The notes beneath the pieces were generated by a model, which worked only from the letters and a program-made list of their open reading frames with translations, made no database searches and was not told the DNA's origin. This document shows, piece after piece, positions 1 to 9,434 of a DNA stretch of 64,000 nucleotides (its first letter is position 1; the number at the start of each line of letters is the position of its first letter). Made by a program: the position numbers and the translations under genes. The stretch comes from Candidatus Levyibacteriota bacterium (lineage in GTDB: Bacteria; Patescibacteriota; Microgenomatia; Levybacterales; UBA12049), in contig JAZDGF010000003.1 in NCBI GenBank assembly GCA_043807135.1, positions 8,516 to 72,515 of the forward strand, in the 5' to 3' direction.

Positions 1-1235
1 TTTTTCTTAAGACGCGGCAAATTAGCAGTTTCTACTGTAAATCCTGCTGCCATTGGATGTCCACCTACAGCAGTTAAAAATTCAGAAGCACTACGAATAA
101 ATTCAATAATATTAAATCCTATAACAGATCTTGCAGAGGCCTTACTAAACTTTTTTCCTTTTGATATGACAATTGATGGACGATAAAACTCTTCAACCAG
201 CTTTCCTGCAACAAGACCAATTATTCCTTGTTGATAACTTTCATCTGCAATAAACAAAAGCTTCTTATTTCCTAATTTGCTATTTTTTACCTTTGAAATG
301 GCACTAAGCATTGCTTCTTCTGTCAACTCTTGTCGCTCTTTGTTTGTTAAGCTTAATTTTTGAGCAAGAGATTGTGCTCTTTTTTTATCCCTTGTACATA
401 AAAGCCTTAATGAATCCATGGCGTTTCCAATCCTACCCATAGCATTTAATCTAGGCGCAATCACATGCCCTATGTCATAAGTTCTGATTTTAGAAAGCTC
501 AACTCCAGCTTCGTTGATGAGTTCTAAAAGACCTACTCTTCTTGTATTCCTTAAAGCCTCTAATCCAAATTTAACTAAGATTCTGTTTGTAAAATTAAGA
601 GGAACTAAATCTGCAACTGTTGCGATCGCAACCAGTTCTAAATGAGCATCTTTTTTATTTTTCTCTATTTCTCTTGCCAAAAAATACGCGACTCCTGCTC
701 CTGACAGTTTTGTTGTATGAACTATTGCTATTGCTTTAGGTAATTTTTTCCCGGGGAGATGATGATCCGTAATGATTACGTCTATTCCTTTTTTTCTAAT
801 AAAATCAACTGTTTTTAAGGAAACAATTCCATTATCAACAGTTATTATAAGTTTAGGATCTGGAATTTTAGCGATTAAATTTTCAATAGCCTTTTCTGAT
901 AATCCATATCCTTCTTTTACCCTGTCTGGAATATATGGCAGTGCTTTTGCTCCCGCTTTGTCAAGTGCCTCCCAAAGAATTGCACTTGCGCATAAACCGT
1001 CTGCATCATAATCTCCAAATACAACAATTTGCTCTTTGTTTTTTATTGCAAGTTTTATTCTACTTACAGCTTTTTCTAACTCTTTTAAGTTTATTCCTGT
1101 ATTTTTTGCAGTTATTTTCTTAATGTCAGGGTTTAGAAATTCTTCTTTTTCTTTTTTTGTTTTTATTCCCCTGTTTTCCAAAAGAGTATTAATGATAGCG
1201 TCAATTGAGCTTAAACTTTTTACTTTAGGTGTCAT
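1..1235 (-). CDS. recJ: Single-stranded-DNA-specific exonuclease RecJ (DHH family), truncated at its 3' end by the window edge
   Basis: Translating the minus strand from ATG at 1235 gives MTPKVKSLSSIDAIINTLLENRGIKTKKEKEEFLNPDIKK..., then DHH motifs DYDADG, ITVDNG, ITDHH and the GGGHPMAAG motif near position 1. The gene is absent from the ORF track because it runs off the window. The short + strand ORFs at 772..1239 lie antisense inside it and are spurious. Confidence 0.8.
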   Translation of the reverse strand, partial: MTPKVKSLSSIDAIINTLLENRGIKTKKEKEEFLNPDIKKITAKNTGINLKELEKAVSRIKLAIKNKEQIVVFGDYDADGLCASAILWEALDKAGAKALPYIPDRVKEGYGLSEKAIENLIAKIPDPKLIITVDNGIVSLKTVDFIRKKGIDVIITDHHLPGKKLPKAIAIVHTTKLSGAGVAYFLAREIEKNKKDAHLELVAIATVADLVPLNFTNRILVKFGLEALRNTRRVGLLELINEAGVELSKIRTYDIGHVIAPRLNAMGRIGNAMDSLRLLCTRDKKRAQSLAQKLSLTNKERQELTEEAMLSAISKVKNSKLGNKKLLFIADESYQQGIIGLVAGKLVEEFYRPSIVISKGKKFSKASARSVIGFNIIEFIRSASEFLTAVGGHPMAAGFTVETANLPRLKK

Positions 1236-1280
1236 CTAGCTTCTGCTATACTATAACAAACTACTTATTTAAAGCAATAT

Positions 1281-2627
1281 ATGATAAAAAACGTACCTGA
1301 AGAAATTATTAAGGTTTATTCAAAAATAAAAAACGCTGGTTTTGATTTATATTTTGTAGGAGGATGTGTTCGGAATTTAATATTAAAAGAAACTGTTAAG
1401 GATTGGGACTTTGCAACAAGTGCTACTCCTGAAAAAATTGTCAAACTATTTCCAGATAGCTTTTATGATAATAAATTTGGAACTGTCGGAGTTCCAATTG
1501 AAAAACCCGAAAAACAAGTTGTTGAAATAACTACTTTTAGAACAGAACAAGGCTACAGTGATCACCGCCACCCAACCAATGTTAAGTGGGGGAAGACAAT
1601 TGAAGAAGATTTGGCAAGAAGAGATTTTACTATTAATGCTGTTGCCATGGATTTAGATCTAAATTTAATTGATCCTTTCTCCGGCCAAAAAGATTTGAAA
1701 ACAAAAATAATTAAAGCTGTTGGAAACCCCAGCGAAAGATTTAAAGAAGATGCTTTAAGATTAATTAGGGCTATCAGGTTTGCTGCTCAGCTTGATTTTA
1801 AAATCGAAGATAAGACTTGGGAAGAAATAAAAAAAGATGCAAAATTAATTGAGGAAATTTCCAAAGAAAGAGTAAGAGATGAACTTTTAAAAATAATAGC
1901 CAGTAACTTTCCCTATGAAGGAATTGTTCTTCTTAAAGAAAGCGGGCTTTTAAAGTATATTATTCCTGAGCTCCTAAAAGGAGAAGATATTTCCCAAGCA
2001 AGACCGGGAAGACATCATACTGATGATGTTTTAACCCATAACCTAATGTCTTTAAAACACTGTCCCTCAGGTGATCCAATTGTTAGGTTTGCAGCATTAA
2101 TTCATGATGTTGGAAAACCTAAGGTTGCAGCAAAAGATGAAAAGGGTTTAGTTATTTTTCATAATCACGAAACAGTTGGAGCAAAAACTGCTAAGGAAAT
2201 TTGTGAGGAGCTTAAGTTTTCCAAAAAAGATAGAAACAGAGTGATTAATCTAATACGCTGGCACATGTTTACGGTTGACGAACACATTACAGACGCTGCA
2301 GTAAGAAGGTTTATTAGAAGAGTTGGCGTTGAAAATGTAAAAGATATTGTTGATTTAAGAATTGGCGATCGATTGGGAGGAGGAACACAAAGAGCAGAAA
2401 GTTGGAGGCTTAAGCTCTTTAAAAAACGGGTTGAAGAGCAACTTGGACCAAAACCGTTTTCCATTGAAGACCTGGCAATTAATGGAAATGACATTATAAA
2501 AGAACTAGGAATTGAACCAGGACCAAAGATTGGACAAATTTTGCAAAAACTTTTTGAGGAAGTAGATGAAGATCTTTCAAAAAATACCCGCGAATATCTT
2601 ATCACAAGATTTAAAACTTTGAAATAA
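1281..2627 (+). CDS. cca: CCA-adding tRNA nucleotidyltransferase with a C-terminal HD domain
   Basis: N-terminal polymerase-beta head (GGCVRNLILKETVKDWDF, RDFTINA). C-terminal HD domain motifs HHTDDVLTHNL and HDVGKP. Confidence 0.8.
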   Translation: MIKNVPEEIIKVYSKIKNAGFDLYFVGGCVRNLILKETVKDWDFATSATPEKIVKLFPDSFYDNKFGTVGVPIEKPEKQVVEITTFRTEQGYSDHRHPTNVKWGKTIEEDLARRDFTINAVAMDLDLNLIDPFSGQKDLKTKIIKAVGNPSERFKEDALRLIRAIRFAAQLDFKIEDKTWEEIKKDAKLIEEISKERVRDELLKIIASNFPYEGIVLLKESGLLKYIIPELLKGEDISQARPGRHHTDDVLTHNLMSLKHCPSGDPIVRFAALIHDVGKPKVAAKDEKGLVIFHNHETVGAKTAKEICEELKFSKKDRNRVINLIRWHMFTVDEHITDAAVRRFIRRVGVENVKDIVDLRIGDRLGGGTQRAESWRLKLFKKRVEEQLGPKPFSIEDLAINGNDIIKELGIEPGPKIGQILQKLFEEVDEDLSKNTREYLITRFKTLK

Positions 2628-2663
2628 AACCCCTTTACGAAATGCTTATTATTTGTTAAACTT

Positions 2664-3872
2664 TTGAAATTAGCTTTTATGAAAAAGTTTTTTACATCTG
2701 AATCTGTTACAGAAGGACATCCCGATAAAATTTGTGATCAAATAAGTGATGCCCTCTTAGATAAAATATTGTCAAAAGATGAAAAAGCAAGAGTTGCAAT
2801 AGAGTCTTTCATAACAAACGGTGTTGTGCTTATTGCAGGAGAGGTTACAACGGATAGTTATATCGAGATTCAGCAAATTGTAAGAAATGTTATTAAAGAA
2901 ATAGGCTATACAAATTCAAAATATGGCTTTGATTTTGAAACAAGCGGAGTTATTACGGCAATTCACGGACAATCAAGCGATATTGCAAGAGGTGTAGATA
3001 GCTACAAAGAAACTAAGGAAGGAAAAATTGTTGAAGAAGATTTAAAAAATTTAGGAGCAGGAGACCAAGGACTTATGTTTGGATTCGCCTGTAATGAAAC
3101 TCCTGAGTTAATGCCACTCCCTATTGTTCTTGCTCATAAATTAGCAAAAAGACTTGCAGAGGTTAGGAAAAAAAAGATCATCAAGGGACTTCGACCTGAT
3201 GGAAAAACTCAAGTTACTGTTGAATATGAAGATGGATTACCAAAAAGAGTAGAAACTGTACTTATCGCAGCACAACACGATCAAGAAGTAAAATTAAATA
3301 AATTAAAAAAAGAAGTTATTGAAAAAGTTATAAAAAAGATAATACCAAAAAAACTACTGGACAATAAAACTAACTTTTACGTTAATACAACTGGAAAGTT
3401 TGTAATAGGAGGACCACAAGCAGATACAGGACTAACTGGTAGAAAAATTATTGTTGATACTTACGGTGGATATGCAAGACATGGAGGCGGAGCTTTTTCA
3501 GGAAAAGATCCAACTAAAGTTGATCGATCAGCAAATTACATGGCGCGTTATATAGCAAAAAATATTGTTGCCGCAAAACTTGCTGATAAATGTGAAATTC
3601 AAATTGCTTATGCAATCGGAAAACCAGAACCCATGTCTGTTTTAGTTGACACCTTTGGAACTGGAAAAATAGATGAAGAAAAGTTAAGTAAAATAGTGGT
3701 TAAGACTTTTGATCTAAGACCAGGTATGATTATAAAATACCTTGGTTTAAGAAAACCAATTTATAAACAAGTTGCAGTTTATGGGCACTTTGGAAGATCC
3801 GATCTTGACCTTCCATGGGAAAAAATTGATAGAATAAATGAGTTAAAAGAACTTGCAAAAAAATATGAATAA
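2664..3872 (+). CDS. metK: S-adenosylmethionine synthetase
   Basis: N-terminal [24 protein letters not shown], the [12 protein letters not shown] motif and the C-terminal [16 protein letters not shown] motif. Confidence 0.9.
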   Translation: MKLAFMKKFFTSESVTEGHPDKICDQISDALLDKILSKDEKARVAIESFITNGVVLIAGEVTTDSYIEIQQIVRNVIKEIGYTNSKYGFDFETSGVITAIHGQSSDIARGVDSYKETKEGKIVEEDLKNLGAGDQGLMFGFACNETPELMPLPIVLAHKLAKRLAEVRKKKIIKGLRPDGKTQVTVEYEDGLPKRVETVLIAAQHDQEVKLNKLKKEVIEKVIKKIIPKKLLDNKTNFYVNTTGKFVIGGPQADTGLTGRKIIVDTYGGYARHGGGAFSGKDPTKVDRSANYMARYIAKNIVAAKLADKCEIQIAYAIGKPEPMSVLVDTFGTGKIDEEKLSKIVVKTFDLRPGMIIKYLGLRKPIYKQVAVYGHFGRSDLDLPWEKIDRINELKELAKKYE

Positions 3873-4311
3873 ACAGCAAATAAAAGATGAGTTAAGAGAA
3901 TCAATGTTTGCAAAAGACGAATTAAAAACTTCTGTTTTACGCATGCTTCTTTCTTCTCTTTCCTATTTTGAAATCCAAAAAGGTAAAGGTTATGAGGCAA
4001 CAGACGAAGATGTCTTATCTGCTATCCAAAAAGAAGTAAAGCAAAGAAATGACTCTATAGAACAATTTAAATCAGCAGGAAGAAATGAACTTGTTAAAAA
4101 AGAGGAAAAAGAGCTTGAAATACTTAAAAAGTATCTACCTGAACAGATGAGCGAAGAAGAAATTAAAAAATTAGTTATAGATGCAATTTCACAAACCAAT
4201 GCATCGTCAATGCAAGATATAGGAAAAGTTATGGGATATTTAATCCCAAAAACAAAAGGAAAAGCAGACGGAAGTTTAGTTAGTAAAATCGTTCGAGAAA
4301 AACTTTCTTAA
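3853..4311 (+). CDS. GatB/YqeY domain protein
   Basis: 152 aa. Pattern [23 protein letters not shown]...[46 protein letters not shown] is typical of the YqeY family. Overlaps the metK 3' end by 20 nt. Confidence 0.7.
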   Translation: MQKNMNKQQIKDELRESMFAKDELKTSVLRMLLSSLSYFEIQKGKGYEATDEDVLSAIQKEVKQRNDSIEQFKSAGRNELVKKEEKELEILKKYLPEQMSEEEIKKLVIDAISQTNASSMQDIGKVMGYLIPKTKGKADGSLVSKIVREKLS

Positions 4312-5226
4312 TTAATTTATTTTTTTCAAAGCTTTTCTTTTTACACTCCAATTCTGCCATACGACAAGAATAGCTGCTGCATTAAAGATCGAGGAATAGG
4401 TTCCGCTTACAATTCCAATAAGAAGAGCAACTACAAACCACTTTATACTCTCTCCTCCAAATAAAAACATTGCTAGAAGCACTAATACAACCGTTAAAGA
4501 AGTATTTAAGGATCTATCAATTGTTTGAAGTATAGAATCATTTACAACTTGTGGAAAAGAAGTTCCTCCCATTCTTTTTAAGTTCTCTCGAATTCTGTCA
4601 AAAACAACGATTGTATCATGTACTGAAAACCCGATTACGGTTAGAATAGCAGTTACAAAAAGACTATCTATTTCTACTCCGAAAAAGTGTCCGAATAGAG
4701 CAAAAGCGCCCATTACAACTAAAACATCATGAACTAGGGCAATAATTGCACATATTCCAAATCTAAAACTACTTGCAGGTTTTGGAACTTGTCTAAACGA
4801 AAAAGTAATATACAAAACTATTAATATGGAAGCAATAATCACTGCCTTTACCGCATTTGATGTAGTTTCTGCTCCAATTGTCGGACCAATTGTCTCAAAT
4901 TCTTCTTGTTTAAAGTTTTTTAATTCACTTTTTATTTTATTTACTACTTTTGCATCTTGTGCTTGATCAATAGGCTGAGTTCTAACAAAAACTAGATTAT
5001 TTGATTTTTCTATTGTTGCTACTTTTATTTTTTCTTCTTCAAAAGCATTTTTTATTTTATTTACCTCTTCAGTACTGGCTGCTTTTGGAAGAGAAAAAGT
5101 AAGTCTTGATCCACCTGTAAAGTCAATTGACAGATTTAAACCAAAGATAATTAGGAAAATAATTCCCGGAATAATAATTAGAAGTGAACCTAAAAAGAAC
5201 CAATTTCTTTTACCAACAATATCCAT
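4312..5226 (-). CDS. secF: Protein translocase subunit SecF
   Basis: 304 aa polytopic membrane protein directly downstream of secD. SecD/F family signature LLAMFLFGGESIKWFVVALLIGIVSGTYSSIF. Confidence 0.85.
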   Translation of the reverse strand: MDIVGKRNWFFLGSLLIIIPGIIFLIIFGLNLSIDFTGGSRLTFSLPKAASTEEVNKIKNAFEEEKIKVATIEKSNNLVFVRTQPIDQAQDAKVVNKIKSELKNFKQEEFETIGPTIGAETTSNAVKAVIIASILIVLYITFSFRQVPKPASSFRFGICAIIALVHDVLVVMGAFALFGHFFGVEIDSLFVTAILTVIGFSVHDTIVVFDRIRENLKRMGGTSFPQVVNDSILQTIDRSLNTSLTVVLVLLAMFLFGGESIKWFVVALLIGIVSGTYSSIFNAAAILVVWQNWSVKRKALKKIN

Positions 5227-5230
5227 ATTT

Positions 5231-6562
5231 TTATTTATAAATTAATCTTAAAAGTGTTTTTGTTACAACAATTGCCGAGAACATTGAGACCAAAACTCCC
5301 AAGGCTAAAACCAAAGCAAACCCTCTTACAGTACCTGTTCCAAATTTATATAAAACAGCACTTGTTATAAGAGTTGAAATATTTGAATCTCTTATTGATG
5401 TCCAGGCCCTTGAGAACCCCATTTCCATTGCTACTTTTTTACCCTTTCCTGCCCTAAGTTCTTCTTTCATTCTCTCAAATATTAAAATATTTGCATCAAC
5501 TGCCATTCCAATCGATAAGATAAAACCGGCAATGCCAGATAGAGTTAAAGTAACGCCATAAGGAGTTAGCGAACTTGCTTTAAATATTGCTAAAACAAAA
5601 AGTGTATAAAGAACAAGGGCAATGCTTGCAATTACCCCTAATGTTCCGTATAAAACTACCATAAAAATAACAATCACTAAAAACCCTAAAACACCTGCAA
5701 AAAGACTCTTTTGAAGCGATGATAAACCTAGGGTAGGACCAATTACATGACTTTGCAGTGTAGAAAGCGGTACAGGCAAAGCTCCAGCGTTTAACTGGGT
5801 TGCTAGAGCTTTTGCAGAGTCCACTGTAAATCCACCGCTAATTTCAGCACTTCCTCCTAAAATAGCCTCATTTACTGTTGGTGCTTCAATTACCAAGTTA
5901 TCTAAAGCAATTGCGAGCCTCTTTCCCACTACTCTTTCAGTTATTTCTGCAAATTTTTCTGATCCTTTTGAATTAAAAGTAAGTAAAACCTGTGGTTTTC
6001 CGGTATTTTGGTTAAAACCAACATCTGCTTGTTTTAGATCATTTCCTGATAGATTTGTTTTTTCATACCCTAACGGAAGATTTAGAGGATATCCTGCAGA
6101 CGGAGTTGCTACTTTTGCTGAATCAGTTCCTACTTCTTCCCAAAAAGTAAGTTGGGCAGTCGTACCAATTAATTTTTTAACCTCGTTTAAATCAGTAACG
6201 CCTGGAAGCTCAACAATTACTCTATACTCTTCTCCTACAATAGAAGTTTGCACTATTGGCTCTGCAACACCGAAAAGATTTACTCTTCTTTCTATAACGG
6301 TTTGTGCAGAATTTAACGCTTCTTCTTTTTGAGAAGAAGGTATTTCTTTCATGTCTGCTCTTAAAGTAATACTAGTCCCTCCTTCAAGATCAAGACCTTT
6401 TCTAAAATCAAGCTTTTTATCTATTTTTATTTTGGAAAGAATTTCCGCTTGATTAAACTTTAAAGGACCAGCTGAGAATTTAAAAGAGGAGGGTAAGTTG
6501 ATAAAAACTGCAACAATGGTTAGAAAAATTATTAGCCATAAAAGAGAACGGGGATTTTTCAT
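5231..6562 (-). CDS. secD: Protein translocase subunit SecD
   Basis: 443 aa. Periplasmic domain followed by a 6-TM SecD core (LGLDLEGGTSITL..., GIAGFILSIGMAVDANILIFERMKEE). Confidence 0.85.
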   Translation of the reverse strand: MKNPRSLLWLIIFLTIVAVFINLPSSFKFSAGPLKFNQAEILSKIKIDKKLDFRKGLDLEGGTSITLRADMKEIPSSQKEEALNSAQTVIERRVNLFGVAEPIVQTSIVGEEYRVIVELPGVTDLNEVKKLIGTTAQLTFWEEVGTDSAKVATPSAGYPLNLPLGYEKTNLSGNDLKQADVGFNQNTGKPQVLLTFNSKGSEKFAEITERVVGKRLAIALDNLVIEAPTVNEAILGGSAEISGGFTVDSAKALATQLNAGALPVPLSTLQSHVIGPTLGLSSLQKSLFAGVLGFLVIVIFMVVLYGTLGVIASIALVLYTLFVLAIFKASSLTPYGVTLTLSGIAGFILSIGMAVDANILIFERMKEELRAGKGKKVAMEMGFSRAWTSIRDSNISTLITSAVLYKFGTGTVRGFALVLALGVLVSMFSAIVVTKTLLRLIYK

Positions 6563-7134
6563 GAAAGCATATTTTCTTCGTCGCCAATTAGCATTATTCT
6601 TGAGCCAGAAAGAACAGAAAGAACAAACGGATCCCGTTTTTTCTTTCTAAATGTAAATTCGTCTTCAGACATAACTGTATAATTAATTTCTTTATTTAAC
6701 TTTTTTTCCTCTTCCCTTATCAGAAGTGCAAGTTCAGGTAAAACTACCGTTCCAACAATCAAAAGATCGATCTCATCAGGAGTATCTTTAATGTTTCTTA
6801 TAAATCTTCCTGAAAACATTGCGTATTTTATCCTACCAAGTTTTACTCTGTTTTTAAGAATAGTTGCTCCTAGGCCAATTGTTTTTGAACCTAGTCTTAA
6901 GATATCAAAGTAAAAAGGGTAGTTTTTAGAAAGGGAGTAGTAAACCCTATTTGCTCTTGGTTCTTTTTCAAGAATTCCTCTTTTCTCAAGATAGAATAAT
7001 TCCCGTCTTACAGCATTTATCTCATCTCCTGTTTTTCTTACCAATCCTCTTACGTGATACATCTCCAATGGAGACATCAAAAAAACATTTAATAATTTTA
7101 CCCTTGCTTTAGATGTAATTAAGTCTGCAAACAT
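6559..7134 (-). CDS. Winged-helix DNA-binding domain fused to a minimal nucleotidyltransferase (MNT)-like domain; function unknown
   Basis: N-terminal ArsR-like wHTH (KARVKLLNVFLMSPLEMYHVRGLVRKTGDEINAVRRELFYLEKRGIL). C-terminal GS...DxD-like motif (AMFSGRFIRNIKDTPDEIDLLIVG). Its stop overlaps the secD start by 4 nt. Confidence 0.45.
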   Translation of the reverse strand: MFADLITSKARVKLLNVFLMSPLEMYHVRGLVRKTGDEINAVRRELFYLEKRGILEKEPRANRVYYSLSKNYPFYFDILRLGSKTIGLGATILKNRVKLGRIKYAMFSGRFIRNIKDTPDEIDLLIVGTVVLPELALLIREEEKKLNKEINYTVMSEDEFTFRKKKRDPFVLSVLSGSRIMLIGDEENMLS

Positions 7135-7142
7135 AACCCGCC

Positions 7143-8318
7143 TTATTTGACAGTAATAACTCCGTCTGTGGGCAAGATCTCAAACCATATCAGTCCCCTG
7201 TTAAGTTCAACAGGTGTACCATTACTGTCTTTAATTATGGTCTTTGACGTTCTATCTTTTTTCTGCCAAGTTCCTGTAATCTTTTTTCCGTCCATAAATA
7301 CTGTTGCTTTTCCTGACCCTTTAGTCTTATAAAGAAGATGTTGATTATTTTCATATCCATCGTTCGCACTGCTTTCAATCATTGATAAAACCACAATGTT
7401 TTTGGCCTCAAACTGTTTGTTGGTATTTTTATCCATGTGAGATTTTGTTCCGTTTGATCTTTTATATGTATTTGTTTTTGGATCATATGCCCAATCTACA
7501 AAATAGTTTGAATTTTTCTCCCAAAATTCAAGATGAACTGATTGACTTGTCCCCCTATCAGAGGCTTTAGCATCATCTTTAAATTCATAAGGTGTATATC
7601 CCTTAGACCAATGTGTTCCGTCTTTTCCTTTATCTTTTAGATCGCGTGATGTTTGAGCAAATTGCCAAAGTTTATCTGTAGTTGAATACATAGTATGCTC
7701 TGTTGCTACAGTGTGTCCCATCCTATCATAATCTCTCCAAAAAACCGGAAATCCAATAGCAAACTGATTCAAATCATTATACCCTCCCCAACCATAGTCA
7801 TTTATTTGAGAAAGTGCATCTGCGGGTCCTGGTTGGTTTGCTCCTCCTACATGAACATACAGTGGAGAATCTCCATATTCAGATAAGAAATCCATAAAGT
7901 AGGTTCTTGCAGATCTCACAGGTCCTATTTGTCCTGAATCTTGACAATAATAAATTGCCAAGAATCTGGTAATTCCACCCTCTGCAACCGCTTCGTAAAT
8001 AACATCTGCAAAAGAAAGGCCCGACTGAGGACGTGATTCTTCATGATTTTCGATCATTACTCCAAGAGGCCTGTGCTTTTCCCACCAGCTTCTTTGCTGT
8101 TTTGAATATTTTGCTCCGTTTATTGGGCAACTCTCTGTTTTGGGAAGATCTTTATCAAAAACAACTTGTCCTGTTGTTGATTTTTCAGGAGCGACAACTG
8201 GTGAAGTTAAACCTTGAGATGCAATTCCTCCGGGAGAAAAAATAAAGTAGGAAAGACCTGTTGTTATTAAATATACAAAAACTATTAGTACAATTGAAAG
8301 TAATGTTTTTTTATTCAT
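7143..8318 (-). CDS. DUF3048 (YerB-like) secreted/membrane-anchored protein
   Basis: N-terminal TM/signal sequence. ESRPQSGLSFADVIYEAVAEGGITRFLAIYYCQD...PVRSARTYF matches the conserved DUF3048 core. Confidence 0.6.
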   Translation of the reverse strand: MNKKTLLSIVLIVFVYLITTGLSYFIFSPGGIASQGLTSPVVAPEKSTTGQVVFDKDLPKTESCPINGAKYSKQQRSWWEKHRPLGVMIENHEESRPQSGLSFADVIYEAVAEGGITRFLAIYYCQDSGQIGPVRSARTYFMDFLSEYGDSPLYVHVGGANQPGPADALSQINDYGWGGYNDLNQFAIGFPVFWRDYDRMGHTVATEHTMYSTTDKLWQFAQTSRDLKDKGKDGTHWSKGYTPYEFKDDAKASDRGTSQSVHLEFWEKNSNYFVDWAYDPKTNTYKRSNGTKSHMDKNTNKQFEAKNIVVLSMIESSANDGYENNQHLLYKTKGSGKATVFMDGKKITGTWQKKDRTSKTIIKDSNGTPVELNRGLIWFEILPTDGVITVK

Positions 8319-8785
8319 TCTATTTTTGTTCCCCTTGCTTCTTTTATAGATTTTTTTTCTTCTTCTGAAAGATCGTAATCTACACCTTTTCCAGCTGTAA
8401 TCTTTTTAGCATACCATCTGGTCCCAGATCTTGAATATAATCCCGAAATGACAACTCCTGTATCATTTCCATCTATTAAGGATAACACAAAACTCTGGTC
8501 TCCTCCAGTATCTTTAAAAGGATTAAAACGAACAAGTCCGACTTTTTGAATATGGAAAAGTCCATCAGCCTGAAGTTTATTGCAATATTCTTTTAAATCG
8601 ATTATTTCTTTTTTTGATAAGTTCATATCTTTTAGCAAGTTTTCCATAATTATCCTTAAGCTCTTGCCATTTGCTCCTTTTGTAAGATGATTATAGTGCG
8701 AAGAAAGTCGCCAAAAATAGATTGAAATTATCAAAAGCCAAATAAAAATAATCCCGAAGCCAACATAAACTAAATTGGGTAACAT
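8315..8785 (-). CDS. DUF4446-like small membrane-anchored protein
   Basis: 156 aa, one N-terminal TM helix. RFNPFKDTGGDQSFVLSLIDGNDTGVVISGLYSRSGTRWYAKKI resembles DUF4446. Overlaps the downstream DUF3048 gene by 4 nt. Confidence 0.45.
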   Translation of the reverse strand: MLPNLVYVGFGIIFIWLLIISIYFWRLSSHYNHLTKGANGKSLRIIMENLLKDMNLSKKEIIDLKEYCNKLQADGLFHIQKVGLVRFNPFKDTGGDQSFVLSLIDGNDTGVVISGLYSRSGTRWYAKKITAGKGVDYDLSEEEKKSIKEARGTKIE

Positions 8786-8849
8786 AGATATTCATATATA
8801 TTAGCCTCTTGACAGGGTAGTGTCAAGTAGTGTAGCCTAGGCTTCGAGC

Positions 8850-9134
8850 ATGGCTAAACGGAAAACAAGAAAACAAAAGATGATATCAGACTATCGTCGA
8901 CAATTATCTTTAGATAAAGAGACCGTTACGCAGTATAGTTTATCTTCTGAAAAACTTGAAGAAGCACCTCGCGAAAAACAAGTAGTTGTCAACATAAACA
9001 CCTCTTCCTATCCATATTTAAAAGGTGATTTAACAAAAACAGGAATACTTACTTTTTTTGTTATTTCCGCTCAAATTGTTCTCTTTTTTTTATTACAAAG
9101 ACACGCTCTTGTTTTATCAGGATTAACTTATTAA
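8850..9134 (+). CDS. Hypothetical small protein with a basic N-terminus and a C-terminal TM helix
   Basis: 94 aa ORF, MAKRKTRKQKM... with a hydrophobic C-terminus (ILTFFVISAQIVLFFLL). No recognisable domain. Confidence 0.35.
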   Translation: MAKRKTRKQKMISDYRRQLSLDKETVTQYSLSSEKLEEAPREKQVVVNINTSSYPYLKGDLTKTGILTFFVISAQIVLFFLLQRHALVLSGLTY

Positions 9135-9209
9135 ATTATGTATAATGAATATTTAATAAACGCTGCCGCTTTGATAAAAATAGTTGCGGACGAGAGGAGG
9201 TGATTGACA

Positions 9210-9353
9210 ATGGCACAAATGTATTGTGTAAAATGCCGAGCAAAGAGAGAAGATGCAAAGGCAGAAAAAGTTACCATGAAAAATGGTAAACCAGCTCTCA
9301 AAGGTAAATGCCCAGTTTGCGGTACAGGAATGTACAAGATTGGAGCAGCTTAA
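9210..9353 (+). CDS. DUF5679-type zinc-ribbon small protein (47 aa); absent from the ORF track
   Basis: MAQMYCVKCRAKREDAKAEKVTMKNGKPALKGKCPVCGTGMYKIGAA. Two CxxC pairs. Strong SD GAGAGGAGGTGA 6 nt upstream of ATG. Extended -10 TGTATAAT at 9143-9150. Followed by a hairpin terminator. Confidence 0.7.
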   Translation: MAQMYCVKCRAKREDAKAEKVTMKNGKPALKGKCPVCGTGMYKIGAA

Positions 9354-9397
9354 ATTTTTTCTTGAAGATCCTTCGAAGGAATTATTCAAGGAACATT

Positions 9398-9427
9398 AAA
9401 ACCCCTCAAGTTCTTGGGGGGTTTTTA
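9398..9427. terminator. Bidirectional Rho-independent terminator between the DUF5679 gene (+) and the GT39 gene (-)
   Basis: AAAA-CCCCTCAAG-TTC-TTGGGGGG-TTTTT. GC stem flanked by an A-run on one side and a T-run on the other. Confidence 0.7.
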
Positions 9428-9434
9428 ATTGAGG

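Noticed and set aside
772-1239. Three + strand ORFs of 62-79 aa at the window start
   Set aside because: They lie antisense within the clearly motif-bearing recJ reading frame on the minus strand and have low-complexity composition. Treated as spurious.
2628-2663. Possible SAM riboswitch upstream of metK
   Set aside because: Only 36 nt of intergenic sequence, too short for an S-box element, and no conserved SAM-I motifs are visible.
9131-9389. Two overlapping minus-strand ORFs (68 and 78 aa)
   Set aside because: Antisense to the well-supported DUF5679 gene and its promoter and terminator. No SD, Cys/His-rich by chance.
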